From Gekko japonicus (Eukaryota), in contig NW_015165830.1 of the NCBI RefSeq assembly GCF_001447785.1, positions 2,535,303 to 2,599,302 on the forward strand: a stretch of 64,000 nucleotides of DNA, given 5' to 3'. Below are positions 11,721 through 22,800 of the stretch, piece after piece. The notes beneath the pieces were generated by a model. That model was given only the letters and a program-made list of their open reading frames with translations. It was not told the DNA's origin and did no database searches. How positions within the stretch are numbered: position 1 is the first letter of the stretch; each line of letters starts with the position of its first letter. Both the position numbers and the translations under genes were made by a program.

Positions 11721-11997
11721 GAAGAAGAAGATATTGGATTTATACCCTGCCTTTCACTACCCAAAGGTGTCTCAGAGCGGCTTACAAACTCCTTTCCCTT
11801 CCCCTCCCCACAACAGACACCCTGTGAGGTAGGTGGGGCTGAAAGAGCTCTGACAGAAACTGCTCTTTTTCAAGGACAGCTCTTATTAGAGCTATGGCTT
11901 GCCCAAGGTCATCCAGCCAGGTGCAAGTGGAGGAGTGGGGAATCAAACTCGGTTCTCCCAGATTAGAGTCCGCGCACTTAACCACTACACCAAACTG
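11721..11997 (-). mobile_element. Squam3-like tRNA-derived SINE
   Basis: Reverse complement of the 3146-3416 family; gaagaagaag tail. Confidence 0.85.
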
Positions 11998-12589
11998 TGT
12001 AGGATGGGTCTTAAATGGAGCTATAAAAGGCACAGAAGTTCCATTTACAAATCTTACCAGGATTTGTCCAGATTTTCTTTTGTGTCTCAACATTTTCACG
12101 GATTAGTTGACATATGTCTTCATGCCATAGACATTTTGGGCTAGTAGAAGCTTCCCAAGAAGCAAGAGCAAGCAGCTTACCATTTGGTTACTTGGGAACC
12201 CTGTGGTATATCCTTCTACCTTTGAGAAATTTAAAACAGGGCCTTCTGGCCTGGTAGGCAAAGCGGCAAGTCTGATCATAGGCCTGGTCTACACATGCAG
12301 TAGAGTTAGGTAGTAGAATCCTAAGGCACTAGAATGGGCTGTACCACTTCAGACTATAGGTAGGNNNNNNNNNNNNNNNNNNNNNNNNNNNNNNNNCCTG
12401 CTAATAAACCTTTAGTATGTTTAGGGTGAAAGGATTGATGTGCAGGGCAGGTCTCCTGTTTTTTTGAACCACAAGTAGGTCTTAGGCTGTATTTTTAACA
12501 CAATGTTATGTGTTGGTTTTAAAGCACTGCTTGTAAGCATGGAACAGGGTGGGATTTCAATAAATAAATGCCTTTTCTCTTTCCTTCAG

Positions 12590-12685
12590 GGAACAACAGG
12601 AAGCCCCAAAGGGGCCACACTTTCACACAGCAACATTGTGAATAATGCAAACCTGATTGGTATAAGGCTGGGAGTCGATAAAATG
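12590..12685 (+). CDS. ACSF2: ACSF2 coding exon (GTTGSPKGATLSHSNIVNNANLIGIRLGVDKM)
   Basis: ttccttcag|GGA...ATG|gtaaa; 96 nt; P-loop TSGTTGSPKG of adenylate-forming enzymes. Confidence 0.96.
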
Positions 12686-13010
12686 GTAAAACAACTTAAT
12701 GTGTTGGTCAGTGTTGAAATCAGAGATTCTGACTAAAGAATAATGTCTCCTAAATAATTCATATATTTGTATGTTACTTTTATCCTCACTGAGGAGCCAA
12801 AGTGGCTTACAGCATCAGTCTCCCTAACTGTCTCCATTTTGTCCTCACAACAATAACCCTGTCAGTTGGGTTAGGTTGAGAAAGAGTGGCTGGCCCACGG
12901 TCACCCAACGAGCTTCCATGGCAGAGTAGGGTTCTTTATTATTGGATTTATATCCCACCCTCCCTGAAGGCTCCTAGCTAGATCCTTGTCCAGCCCACTT
13001 ATCACTACCC

Positions 13011-13980
13011 CAGGGGTCTTCAACCTTTTTAAGCTTGTGGGCACCTTTGGAATTCTGTGGTGGGCCCAACCACAAAATGGCTGCTGTAGGAGGTAGAAAC
13101 AGCCACAAATTGTCAGAGAACGAACTTAATGTATAACTGTAACTCTTCAACATTTCAGGCAGAAGCTGTGTTTAACAGGATGCCTTTTAAAATTAACATA
13201 TTATTGTCAAGCTCAGGCCTCACTTGTCATAGAATGTTGTCTAGCCAAACTCATGCTCTGTTGCATTAGGGGCTAACTACTTTCTCAGTCATGCTTATTT
13301 CACTGTTTTTGTCTACAAGTATTCTGGGCTTCACTGCTGTTTATCTTCTCTGCTAGGAAGGGGGGGAGTGGATGTGTGTGTGCATGTCTGCTTAAGCTTG
13401 AATACTGCCAGCTTGTAGCAGTCTGTGAGACCCTGGGAAGTGTATGATCTCAGTGTCCAACACGACCTTGTAACGTGGAGAGCTTCTAGATAATGTAACT
13501 GTTAGTTTGCAGGTGCTGGGGACGGCCATAAGGGCAAGCTTGGATCTTTGGTGGGCTGGATGAGAATACTGATTGGGTGGTTGGCATGGGGGGAGATGTT
13601 CTGCTTGCAGTATAGGGTCAAAACTGGCATCCGGAGGCCAGTTCCGACACAGAATCTGTCTATGCTTGGAATCTCTCTACCTCTCAATAAACATATCTTG
13701 CTGCTACAAGAGTGTTGTGGGAGTGATTGCATCCAGGACTTGACAATTATTTAAAAATGCTTTCTTGCATATACACAAGTTACCTTACACACAGAGAAGA
13801 TCTTTGTGCTGTGGTGGCAGCCACTGCTGAAGCAACATTTTTTAAAAATCTACGTAGCCAATTAGATTTCCAATGGCCATTCAGAAGTCCTGATGGGCAG
13901 AAGCCCCACCCACTTTCTAAAAGCACTTGGCAGGTGCCAGGAAAGGTGTCACCATGGATGGCATGCTGGAAACTGCCACT
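13011..13980 (+). mobile_element. hAT-Charlie-like element interrupted by a solo LTR
   Basis: caggggtcttcaaccttttt start as at 4970; homology resumes after 13750; right boundary approximate. Confidence 0.55.
13205..13745 (+). mobile_element. Solo LTR, 541 bp, 5-bp TSD attat
   Basis: TGTCAAG...CTTGACA inverted ends, AATAAA near the 3' end, attat at 13200-13204 and 13746-13750. Confidence 0.85.
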
Positions 13981-14412
13981 CTATGCCATGCTGACTGTCA
14001 TGCTATCTGAACATCTTCAGTATTTTCTCTATGAATTGAGGATTCGTAAATCTTATCTTTCCCCCACACAAAGTGCAGCAATAATGGTTGTGTACATGCC
14101 ACGAGGCTCTAGTTTTCTAGTTGCTTGGCTTATACAACTAACTTGAGTGCCTCATATTCATATCCTGTAGAAATTACAGATTGCCATGTTGATTTCTGCA
14201 TATGATTGTATAGTAATGAAATTTTATTATTATCAGAGAGGGATAGGTACTGAATAAGTATAGCTCTTCAATGTGCATTTTTCTCCTGATTTCCCATTCA
14301 TGCAACCCCAGTTCTTTTCCATTCACCTCTTGGTGGCCCCGCTTAATCTCTGTCATAATAAGATGTAGGAATGGTTAACACCAACACTGGAAGGTGAATC
14401 TATGATGACTAT

Positions 14413-14800
14413 TGTAGTGTATTCCAAAGCTGCCATGGAATGCATGATGTATGTGAAACATCTCATTGATTTGTAATGTTAAGCTTCATCCTGGGCTAGG
14501 ATCCAAATACATCCAATAGTATTGCTAGCCCAGGAAGTAACAAGCCAATCACTTCGCAGCAAGCTCCCTGAGCGGGAATGGCCGTGATTGGTCCTTATGT
14601 GAACAACCTTATTGGTTGGTATTTGTACAGTGGGTGTGGCTACATTAGCCGGGAATGTTTAAAAGCAGGACAGCAGCAATGTAAAGGCTGTTCTGGCTAT
14701 CAGATGTTGATCCGTGTTGGAGTTGTGTTTGAGTTGAAGAATAAAGTTGTGTTCTTGCTGAATCACTCTCCGACTGCTTTGTTAAGCGAGCGACTTAACA
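14413..14800 (+). mobile_element. Solo LTR, 388 bp, 5-bp TSD actat
   Basis: TG...CA ends, several CCAAT/ATTGG boxes, tttaaaa, AATAAA (~14739); actat at 14408-14412 and 14801-14805. Confidence 0.8.
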
Positions 14801-14822
14801 ACTATGTTTTCCTTGATCCTAG

Positions 14823-14971
14823 CAAGCCCGCTGTTGTCTTCCTGTTCCTCTCTACCACTGCCTGGGCTCTGTGGCAGGGTGCATGGTGATGGCAATTCAT
14901 GGTGTCTGTCTTGTCTTCCCATCTTTAAGTTTTGAGGCTAAAGCTTCACTGAAGGCATTGGAACAGGAGAA
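14823..14971 (+). CDS. ACSF2: ACSF2 coding exon (QARCCLPVPLYHCLGSVAGCMVMAIHG...KALEQE)
   Basis: gatcctag|CAA...GAG AA|gtaag; 149 nt, phase 0/2; PLYHCLGSV motif. Confidence 0.95.
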
Positions 14972-15587
14972 GTAAGTGACTCAAACATTAAAGGTTTGAA
15001 TACTGTCAGGAACAACACTCATTTTGTGCTTCTGGTGCCACTCATCCTGGGCTTCTGTGCTGTTCATGTCTCTTTTGAGGCACAATGATCTTTCCATTGA
15101 CCAGTGGCAAAAGAGATACCTGATGCTTGTTTTCTCTGTCCCCTATGAATGTAGTAACAAATCACAAATGGATGCATACTGTGTAACGTCTAAGGCTTGT
15201 GACTGGGATTTGATACGATATGGAAACTATTGTGCCTCAGTAAGGATGTGACAGCCTTGAAACTAGGACCCAGCAGTTCCTTCAGAAAAATAAAAATAAA
15301 AAGAACAGTTGCCTGTAACTATCCTCCCTTTGCCCATGTGCTTATGGAAAGATAGTTGGATTTGAATGTCATGAAATCACTCTGAATTTTTACAGTGTTT
15401 AGTTATTTCAGGCATTTGCTGCTTGCCCCAGAGCAAGCAGCAGAGCAGCTGATATGCAGCCAGTGAACATTTTTAAAACAGAAAAAGCACCTTGTTTACC
15501 CTAGGTGTTCTCCTCTCTGGGAGCATCCAAAAAAGCAAGAGAGGGTAAATAGTAGTGCTAGTCTAGTTATGCCACTTCATAGTCCTT

Positions 15588-15750
15588 AAAGGTAAAGGTA
15601 AAGGTTCCCTTGCTCGAAAGCCAGTCGAATCCGACCCTAGGGTTGCGGTGCTCATCTCTGTTTCAAAGCCGAAGAGCCAGCACTGTCCGAAGACATTTCC
15701 GTGGTCATGTGGCCGGCATGACTAAACACCAAGGCACACGGAACGCTGTT
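15588..15750 (-). mobile_element. Sauria (Squam1) SINE 3' part
   Basis: (ACCTTT)n tail on the minus strand; homologous to 37474-37738. Confidence 0.8.
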
Positions 15751-16212
15751 CAATCTAATTTTGGTGTGATACTGCTGGACTCTGTCAATAGATTCCATTC
15801 ATATCCGGTTGTTGCTCTCCCCCCCCCCCCCCCCCCCCCAGCTCCAAATCAGGCCTTTATTTCTACCACAGGTTTGAATATAGTGTAGCTTCAGATTGTC
15901 TTCATAGTATCAGACAGCACCATATCAGAGGGTTCGGGGTTCTTCTTGTATACTTCTGGAAACGAATAAAGAGTTGAAGGTTTTTTGGAGATGGGCTGGG
16001 TCAGTTGATGAGATGTGTACGGAACCTGAATGCTCATTTGCCTTTACACTTTGGAAANNNNNNNNNNNNNNNNNNNNNNNNNNNNNNNNNNNNNNNNNNN
16101 AGGCAACATTGAAATATTATACCCAAACTCCAGATTGGGTGGAGGACATACTTGTGCTCACGTGCGTGTCCCAGCAAACTGTAATTTGTTTGTCTTTATT
16201 CTTCCTTTGAAG

Positions 16213-16304
16213 ATGCACCCATGTATATGGCACTCCAACCATGTACATAGATATGCTAGGACAGCCTGACTTTGATACCTATGATCTCTCAAGTGTTCGG
16301 GGAG
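16213..16304 (+). CDS. ACSF2: ACSF2 coding exon ([30 protein letters not shown])
   Basis: ctttgaag|A TGC...GGA G|gtaag; 92 nt, phase 2/1; YGTPTM motif. Confidence 0.95.
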
Positions 16305-17120
16305 GTAAGTGTGAGGATACTAAGCCTTTAAGTGGGTAGAGCTTAACATAGATCCTACAGGGCAGATGAGCAGAGTCATGGCTGAAGTAGCAAGTCAGTC
16401 TGCTCTTTCTAATAGTGATTTCTAAGTTATGTAAATAGTCAGTAAAGTTTATCTTATTTTTCATCCTGAAAGTTATTCATAAAGAATGTGACAGTAAGCA
16501 CAGAATCAGACATTTCGATTGATTTTGAAAATTCAGCTGCTTAAATGTCATTTCTGCTAACCAATTAATGTAAATTTGAAGACATTGATATGTGTTGATT
16601 AGTACATTACCCAAACCACAATGCATGTGCCTTTTTGAGCTGTTGAAGGAAGTGTGAAATGGCTAGCAATCTAACAAACATAAGCTACCATTTATGATTA
16701 GAAAGAAAGATTGTCTATAAGTTTAACTTTTTTCAGTCTCTATTACAGGAACTAAAACTTGAACCAAAATAGCTTTCAAAATAAGGAAGTATAACCATAT
16801 AGCACAGTCTCACTATTTAAAATCTCCCTTCACCCAACTAAAATTAGTCCTGACTGATCAAAGAGTTACAGCTCAAACAATTTCAATGATCAGAAGGTTG
16901 CAGGGATGGGAAGCTGCCACCATGCCTGTCACTTTAAGATCTTAGGCAAAATCTGATAGACCCACCTCTGCTACTGTCTGTCATGCACACACATCCTTCA
17001 TCCAACTCAATAGGCAACCTAGCCCAATTGAAAGCCAACCTACACATGACGCAGTCCTTTTGCACCTGAGCCTTCTGAGGAGAACGCAGGCTCTCTTAAG
17101 TATTTGGAAAACTGGAAAGA

Positions 17121-17223
17121 GGGAAGTTGCATATACCATGTAGAGGCAAAGAAGAGTTGCATATAACTACATGTAGAGGCAAAGGGAAGTTGCATATAAC
17201 TACATGTAGAGGCAAAGAAGAGT
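17121..17223. repeat. Three tandem 30-33-bp units (..agttgcatataactacatgtagaggcaaa)
   Basis: Units at 17121-17150, 17151-17183 and 17184-17216. Confidence 0.9.
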
Positions 17224-17235
17224 AGAGTAGAAGAG

Positions 17236-17428
17236 TAAACCATAGAGTTTTCCCTCGGATGACCGTGGCCCCACCCCAAGCGTGCCCGGCGTGGCCGCAT
17301 CACTTCCGGGTGACGTGGACGTTACGTACTTTGGGGGTGGGGTTCCCCCGGGGCCCAATCTGTGCCAGCGGGGAACAGGCCTCTGGGGTGGGGGTTTCCC
17401 CGCCACCCGGGGGGACTTGGGAAGCCTA
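17236..17428. mobile_element. CpG-rich DNA-transposon remnant (Blackjack-like end)
   Basis: aaccatagagtttt...catcacttccgggtgacgt...cttgggaagccta, a degenerate TGGCAACCCTA-type end. Confidence 0.45.
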
Positions 17429-17961
17429 CTTATCAATGTTGCTAAAATGATCTCCCCCACCCCCCGCTAATGACAACTGGAAAAGGCAGTACTAGTAACT
17501 CCTCAGAGTTTTATCAGTTTTTTTATAATCATGCCCCCTTGCATGGATATGTGCTGTTTTCTGCTCTGGCTGGTGCTATATCAATTTGGTGATGCCTTTT
17601 GGAGGAGAATCCCTATCCTCCTCTCTGGGGCTTTATGATTCACTCTTGTGTTCCTGCTGTGACTAGAGACACTGCCTGAAACTTCGACATAGGAAAAGCA
17701 TGGGAACCAGGGTGAGTCTCATGACAGGATAGCACTGTTAGGCAGCTAAACCCTTTCTTGTTGGCTTAAGCTGATGATTAAGGACACAAATGTGTGTTAT
17801 GTATTCTTTCCACTTACACTTTGGTTTACACAGGCTGTATTTCTCCATGCAGTTGCTCTTAAAATGTTTTTGAGTACATGATCAATGAACAGTAGCTTCC
17901 TTACCCCAAGTGGCATTTTAAGAACAATTGAAATAATGGGAATAGTAGGCCTATGTGCACA

Positions 17962-18149
17962 TGAAGCTGCCTTACGCTGATTCAAACCTCTGGTCTATCG
18001 AGATTAGCACTTTCTGCTCTTAACTGTTGGCTCTTCAGGGTCTCAGGTGGTGGTCTTTCATATCACCTGATACTTTTTAACTGGAGATACCAGGGATTGA
18101 GCCTGGGACCTTATGCTTGAAAAGCAGGTGCTCTGCCACTGAGCCATGG
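17962..18149 (-). mobile_element. tRNA-derived SINE with CR1-like tail (Squam2-like)
   Basis: Minus strand: tggctcagtggcagagc (A box) ... ggtcccaggctcaatccc (B box); family name is an inference. Confidence 0.65.
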
Positions 18150-18469
18150 GCACACCCTGTCTTGTTTGCTGAGATCTGAATAATCAGATTCTCCATTATG
18201 TTTCTTCACTTATTTGTATGAAAGAGCAGTAAAGTGGAGGGAAGCAATCAGCAGGATGTGTTTGTGTGAACCAGCCCCCAAGTAAATTGATGGCAAGCAA
18301 TCCTCATCCAAAACGTGTGTTTCTTTTTTGTTGTTAATCATTTAAGGTTTCCAGGATTCCCCCCCTGCCCCTCTAGTTGTTGCTGAAAGCACAAGGAGGA
18401 CAATGTTTTCTTCTTCATTATGTTGTATGCTAATACACTCCTACCTATATGTATGGACTGGTAACTTCC

Positions 18470-18710
18470 ATTTCATTGTATCTGAAGAAGTGTGTGTGCA
18501 CACAAAAGCTTATACCTTGAATAGAACTCTCTTGGTCTTAAAGGTATCACTGGGCTCAAACTTTGTTCCAATGTAGATCCAGGTAATCAGCTGTGTTGGT
18601 CTGAAGCAGTAGAACAAATGTAGACCCCAGTGGCACCTTTAAGACCAACAAAGGTGTATTCAAGGTATGAGCTTTCGTGTACATGCACACTTCTTCAGAT
18701 ACATTGAAAT
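18470..18710. mobile_element. Penelope-like terminal repeats in inverted arrangement
   Basis: 18470-18570 and 18585-18710 are reverse complements (ttggtcttaaaggt / acctttaagaccaa); each carries a hammerhead-like core. Confidence 0.75.
18665..18702 (-). ncRNA. Minimal type I hammerhead ribozyme motif, intact core
   Basis: Minus strand: GUAU-CUGAAGA-A-GUGUG(CAUG)UACAC-GAAA-GC-UC-AUAC; stem I GUAU/AUAC, stem II, palindromic AGCU stem III. Confidence 0.7.
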
Positions 18711-19142
18711 GGGACGTAAGGTTCAATCTTACAGACAGGCTGAACAGTAAATCAACATGTAACATGATGAAGATGTTTTAAGATATGCAAAACCAGAATT
18801 AAATAACAAGCAAAGGTTATAAGGTCAACAGTTGTAAAGCAATAAATATGTTAAAATAAGTCTGAGACTCTCCATTCACTCCCAGAGCGTGTTCCAATGT
18901 TTTATTCTGGTTTTATTCCTACGTCTACCAGCATGTGGCAGCAGATGTTACGTGCACTGTGATGCTGCATTCTGTATCCATCCTTATATCAAAATGAATG
19001 GAAGTCGTTCAAAAGAAGTCTTTGCAAACAGACATCATGCTAACAAATTGTTGATGTTATGTTAATAATAATATAATTATCAGTGTTAATTAAAAATGAA
19101 AGCTGACAGCCGTGAGCTGCTAGCAACAACGAACAAACTGCG

Positions 19143-19312
19143 CTTTAAGACCAACAAAGTTTTATTCAAGCTGTAAGCTTTCGTGTATCTGAGGAAGTGT
19201 GCTTGCATATGAAAGCTTATACCTTGAATAAAACTTTGTTGAACTTAAAGGTGCCACTGGACTCAGACTTGGGTTCTGCTCCTTCAGACCAACGTGGCTA
19301 CCCACCTGAATT
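19143..19312. mobile_element. Second Penelope-like inverted repeat remnant
   Basis: ctttaagaccaacaaagttttattcaag ... cttgaataaaactttgttgaacttaaagg inverted pair. Confidence 0.7.
19185..19222 (+). ncRNA. Minimal type I hammerhead ribozyme motif, sense to the ACSF2 pre-mRNA
   Basis: GUAU-CUGAGGA-A-GUGUG(CUUG)CAUAU-GAAA-GC-UU-AUAC. Confidence 0.6.
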
Positions 19313-19537
19313 TATCAAATTCATTGAGACTGTTTATACTGATGCCAACTTGGTTGTGTCAAAAACTCAGTTAACTTGGGAAATTTCCAGGCTCAGATTG
19401 AGGTTTACCTTTTAATGGAAGAATAAGCATAAAGACCATACCACATATTGAAAATGTAAAATGATAATTTAAAAAGGGCCCTTTAGAAGGTTGCAAAGAA
19501 GACATCTTTCTTTTTGTTTTGTTTTTTTCATTTTCAG

Positions 19538-19614
19538 GAATCATTGCAGGGTCACCAGCACCTCCTGAAATTATTAAGAAGATCATGAAGAAGATGAACA
19601 TGTGGGAAATGGTG
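19538..19614 (+). CDS. ACSF2: ACSF2 coding exon (GIIAGSPAPPEIIKKIMKKMNMWEMV); last ACSF2 exon found in the window
   Basis: ttttcag|GA ATC...GTG|gtaag; 77 nt, phase 1/0; AGSPAPPE motif. Confidence 0.95.
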
Positions 19615-21389
19615 GTAAGTCAATTTCCATCTTTCCTTTAGTGCAATGATCTTTGGTGGACTTTCTTTGTGTGCCTCTCATGGTCAGAAATATTGTGTGA
19701 AGGTCAGGACTTCAGTGACTTAGAAGGATGTAGCTCTACTTAGGATTGCACTGTAGATCTCCCTCCCAAGGGAAGTTTGCTTCATTCTGTTTCTGGTGGT
19801 GTTTTGGCATGACCACTCCAGGCAAAATTGGAGCTTTTAGGCGCTACTTTTATTTTTGGCTTCTGTTCTTTGCTATGGGATTCTTGGGGCTTAAACAGAT
19901 GAACTTTGGGAGTTCTGTGTCCAGAGATCCCTGCATTTTTATAAGCTCAGTTTTCACGTGTGCAGAAGCCTGATTTTGATTGGGGCTGTGGCATGAGGGC
20001 AGGCCTTTTAAAGCCTTCCTCCTCACTGTTTTCCTGATCTAAAATGGCCCCAAGGGGTTGCTTTGGGGACAAATGTAGGTATATCTGTATCTGTACTGGT
20101 GTGTTTCCTAAGTGGGGGAATGAGGAGATCCTTGGGGTGATTTTAGAATCTAGAAATGGTGTGTGGGGAGGGTCTGGACTGGGCCACTTCAGGCCTGATA
20201 ACTTTAGACGCTCTGAGGCTCTGGAATTGCAGCTCACAGCACACATCTGCAGTGGCTCTCAGCTTGCATTCTACTGTTGTTTTGGTTTTGTTTGGATTTT
20301 AATTGCCATTGTTTGTTTTTTATTGGCTATCGTCAGGCTCCTTGGGGATGTTATAAAAGTTAGAAAGTGGGATGTAAATATTTTCATAAATAAATAAAGA
20401 ATAGCATAAGGATTTGGACTCCCTATTTGATTTGTAAATTTCCACTAAAAATACCAAGTCACACATCTAGTTTGGGAAATGAATATCCAGCTGAACTCTG
20501 AAGGAATGCAGGAAATTCTAGGAACAGCAACAGATAACTTGGGGCGGGGGGACATGGGACAGATACTGTACAAATTGTCAACGTTTTGGAGAATTTTCTT
20601 GAAACTCAAGCTGAGCATTGTTTACATTTATTTTCTGGTTATACTGGACTTTTCCCCCCGTCCATCGGAATATGCTACTTCAAATTTTCATGCCTCAGTC
20701 CCATAAGGATAAGTCCTTACTAGGAAAAGTGCTTAGATGTTTTCATGCAAATCCAGCCAAGTTGGTGGCGTTCATACTTGCATTGAGCCCCCCCCCCCCC
20801 CCCCCCGCGCGGGCAGATACAAATACATACTTCTGTTTACTTTTCTTGCTTCTGAGTGTGTGAGTTTCTAATAGAGCAATCCTGGGTGGGGGGAATCATT
20901 ATAGGGAGCCAACTGACCCCAACACCAGTGTAAGTATGGGTTACATTGGAACAAGGGTGGTTTATCCTGGAATAGAGCACCAGTGGCACCAAGTTCCACT
21001 GGCGCAGGAGTGCCGCAGCAGCATGCCAGCAGAGGAATGGCATGAACCCTGCTGCTGGCATAGATGTGGGCATGCCTGGGGGTGTGGAAGCAGTTAGGCA
21101 GCTTCCGAAGCATTTTCAGCATGGGAATGCATCCCTGGGCAGGCACAAAGTTGTGCCGGCAAAAATGGTGTTGCAGCCCATTGTCAGTCATTGTAACTCC
21201 ACATTCACTCCCCCCCCACACACCTGCCGCCATGCCCACAGGACCCCAAACAGCTCAGGGTACTGACTCAGGTCATGCTCCCCTGCTCCAGCTGTGCTTC
21301 CCCTCAGGACCCAGTCACAGTGCCCCCCCCCCAAATGGTTTCAGGAGGATGCCCCTGAATTCTGTAGGTAGGGCATGAAAAGCTGTCTG

Positions 21390-21600
21390 ACAGCTCCCTG
21401 CTGTGTGGACTGATGGTGAGTACACTGTCCACAACACAGACAGGGCACCTAGCACTGTGGGGCGAGCCCCTGGAAGGGTATACACCACAGGGAGAGCAAA
21501 GTACACACTTCATTGGTGAGCTCTCCCAGTTTTTGGTCCATACAGGTTCAGCTTGCCCTCTGCTGGGAGCCCAAGGGAAGCCAGGTGTAAACAGGTAAGC
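21390..21600 (+). pseudogene. Myb/SANT-like (trihelix-type) DNA-binding ORF remnant of the Harbinger element
   Basis: Frameshifted PAVWTDGE...LALWGE...ELSQFL resembles the W.....E...L..LWGE pattern; inference. Confidence 0.4.
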
Positions 21601-21899
21601 AAGGGTCTCAGTCCACGGCCCCCATACCTCCCCTGGGCCTACCACATTGGCAGCACGCAAGAGCGGACATGGCGTCACCACCTCCTGATGGCTCCCAGCC
21701 CCATGGTGGTATATGGCCATCACAGAAGGGGCACCAGTGAGTGCTTCACTCCCTGCCTGGGCTCAGGTGAGGAGAGACCTCTCAGCTGCTGGGGGCCACT
21801 AGGATCCCTCTGGCACCTGATGTGTTCCCACACATGCTCCCCACTCCTGATGGCCCCTGAGGTCCTTCCTCCCATGAGCTGGCAGTGATGGCATAGGGT

Positions 21900-22800
21900 C
21901 CCATTCCTCGGTTCAAGGAACCCTCCACATTGGCCACATCAAGTGGAGGTGGGAGGCGCTGGTGCATGGCAATGTTGTTGTGGAGCACTGTACACACTGC
22001 ACACAGCCTTGCCATTGCTAGGGGTTGCATGGCTCTGCATTTCCCTGTGTAGTGGAGGCATCGGAATCACATCTTCAACTGGCCAAATGCCGGCTTTATG
22101 ACTATGCGTGTTTGGTTGTGGGCTTGGTTGTAGGCTGTGTGGTCCAGCAGGTCATCTTTGGGGTACGGCATCACCAAATAGAGCAACAGAGGATACCCAT
22201 GATCACCTGGAGGGAATGGCATGTTAGGTGTCAGGGGTGCTGTCTGCTACTGAATACCCACCCTGGAGATCCAAGAGGCAGTTGTGGCTGGATACTGTGT
22301 AGATCTGGGCATCATGAATGCTGTCCGGGAACTTGGCCACGAGGTCCGTGAAGGTGCCCTGGTGGTCACAGGAGGCCTGAACATTAAGGATGTAGAATTG
22401 GTGGTAGTTACAGTAGACCTGCAGGTCCTCCTGGGAGGCTATGAGGGCTATGCGTGTACAGTCAGCCCCCAGTACCTTGGAGAACCACCGAATGAAGTGA
22501 ATCCTCCTCTGATGCATGCGAGGTTGGCCTCCTCAGCGAGGAAGTGAACATGCTCCTGGAGGTGTGCCAGCATGGCATCCAGGAAACCATGTAGTCAGTG
22601 GCTAGCTGAGGACTGGGAGACCTCAAGCGCCTAAGTGACTACCTCCTGAAAGGATCTGGTGGCCAGGAACCTCAGGGATATCAGGATCTTCTGCAAGACT
22701 GGGATGGCACAGAGAGCAGGGGCTTGGCCCTGGAGGGCTTGCCCGAGCTCCTTGCAGGGGAGCTAGACGGTCGCTCTGTCTAGGCGAGACCAATCAAGGC
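21900..22800 (-). pseudogene. Harbinger/HARBI1-like DDE transposase pseudogene
   Basis: Minus-strand motifs AIPVLQKILISLRFLATRSFQ, YCNYHQFYILNVQASCDHQGTFTDLVAKFPDSIHDA, LFGDA, AFGQLKM*FRCL and CTVLHN, with stops and frameshifts. Confidence 0.85.

Noticed and set aside
17040-17120. QLPSFQFS..GLRH peptide resembling CHAD exon 2
   Set aside because: Chance similarity; the true exon 2 is at 28044-28207
21900-22800. Host HARBI1 gene
   Set aside because: Multiple stops and frameshifts, in a transposon context
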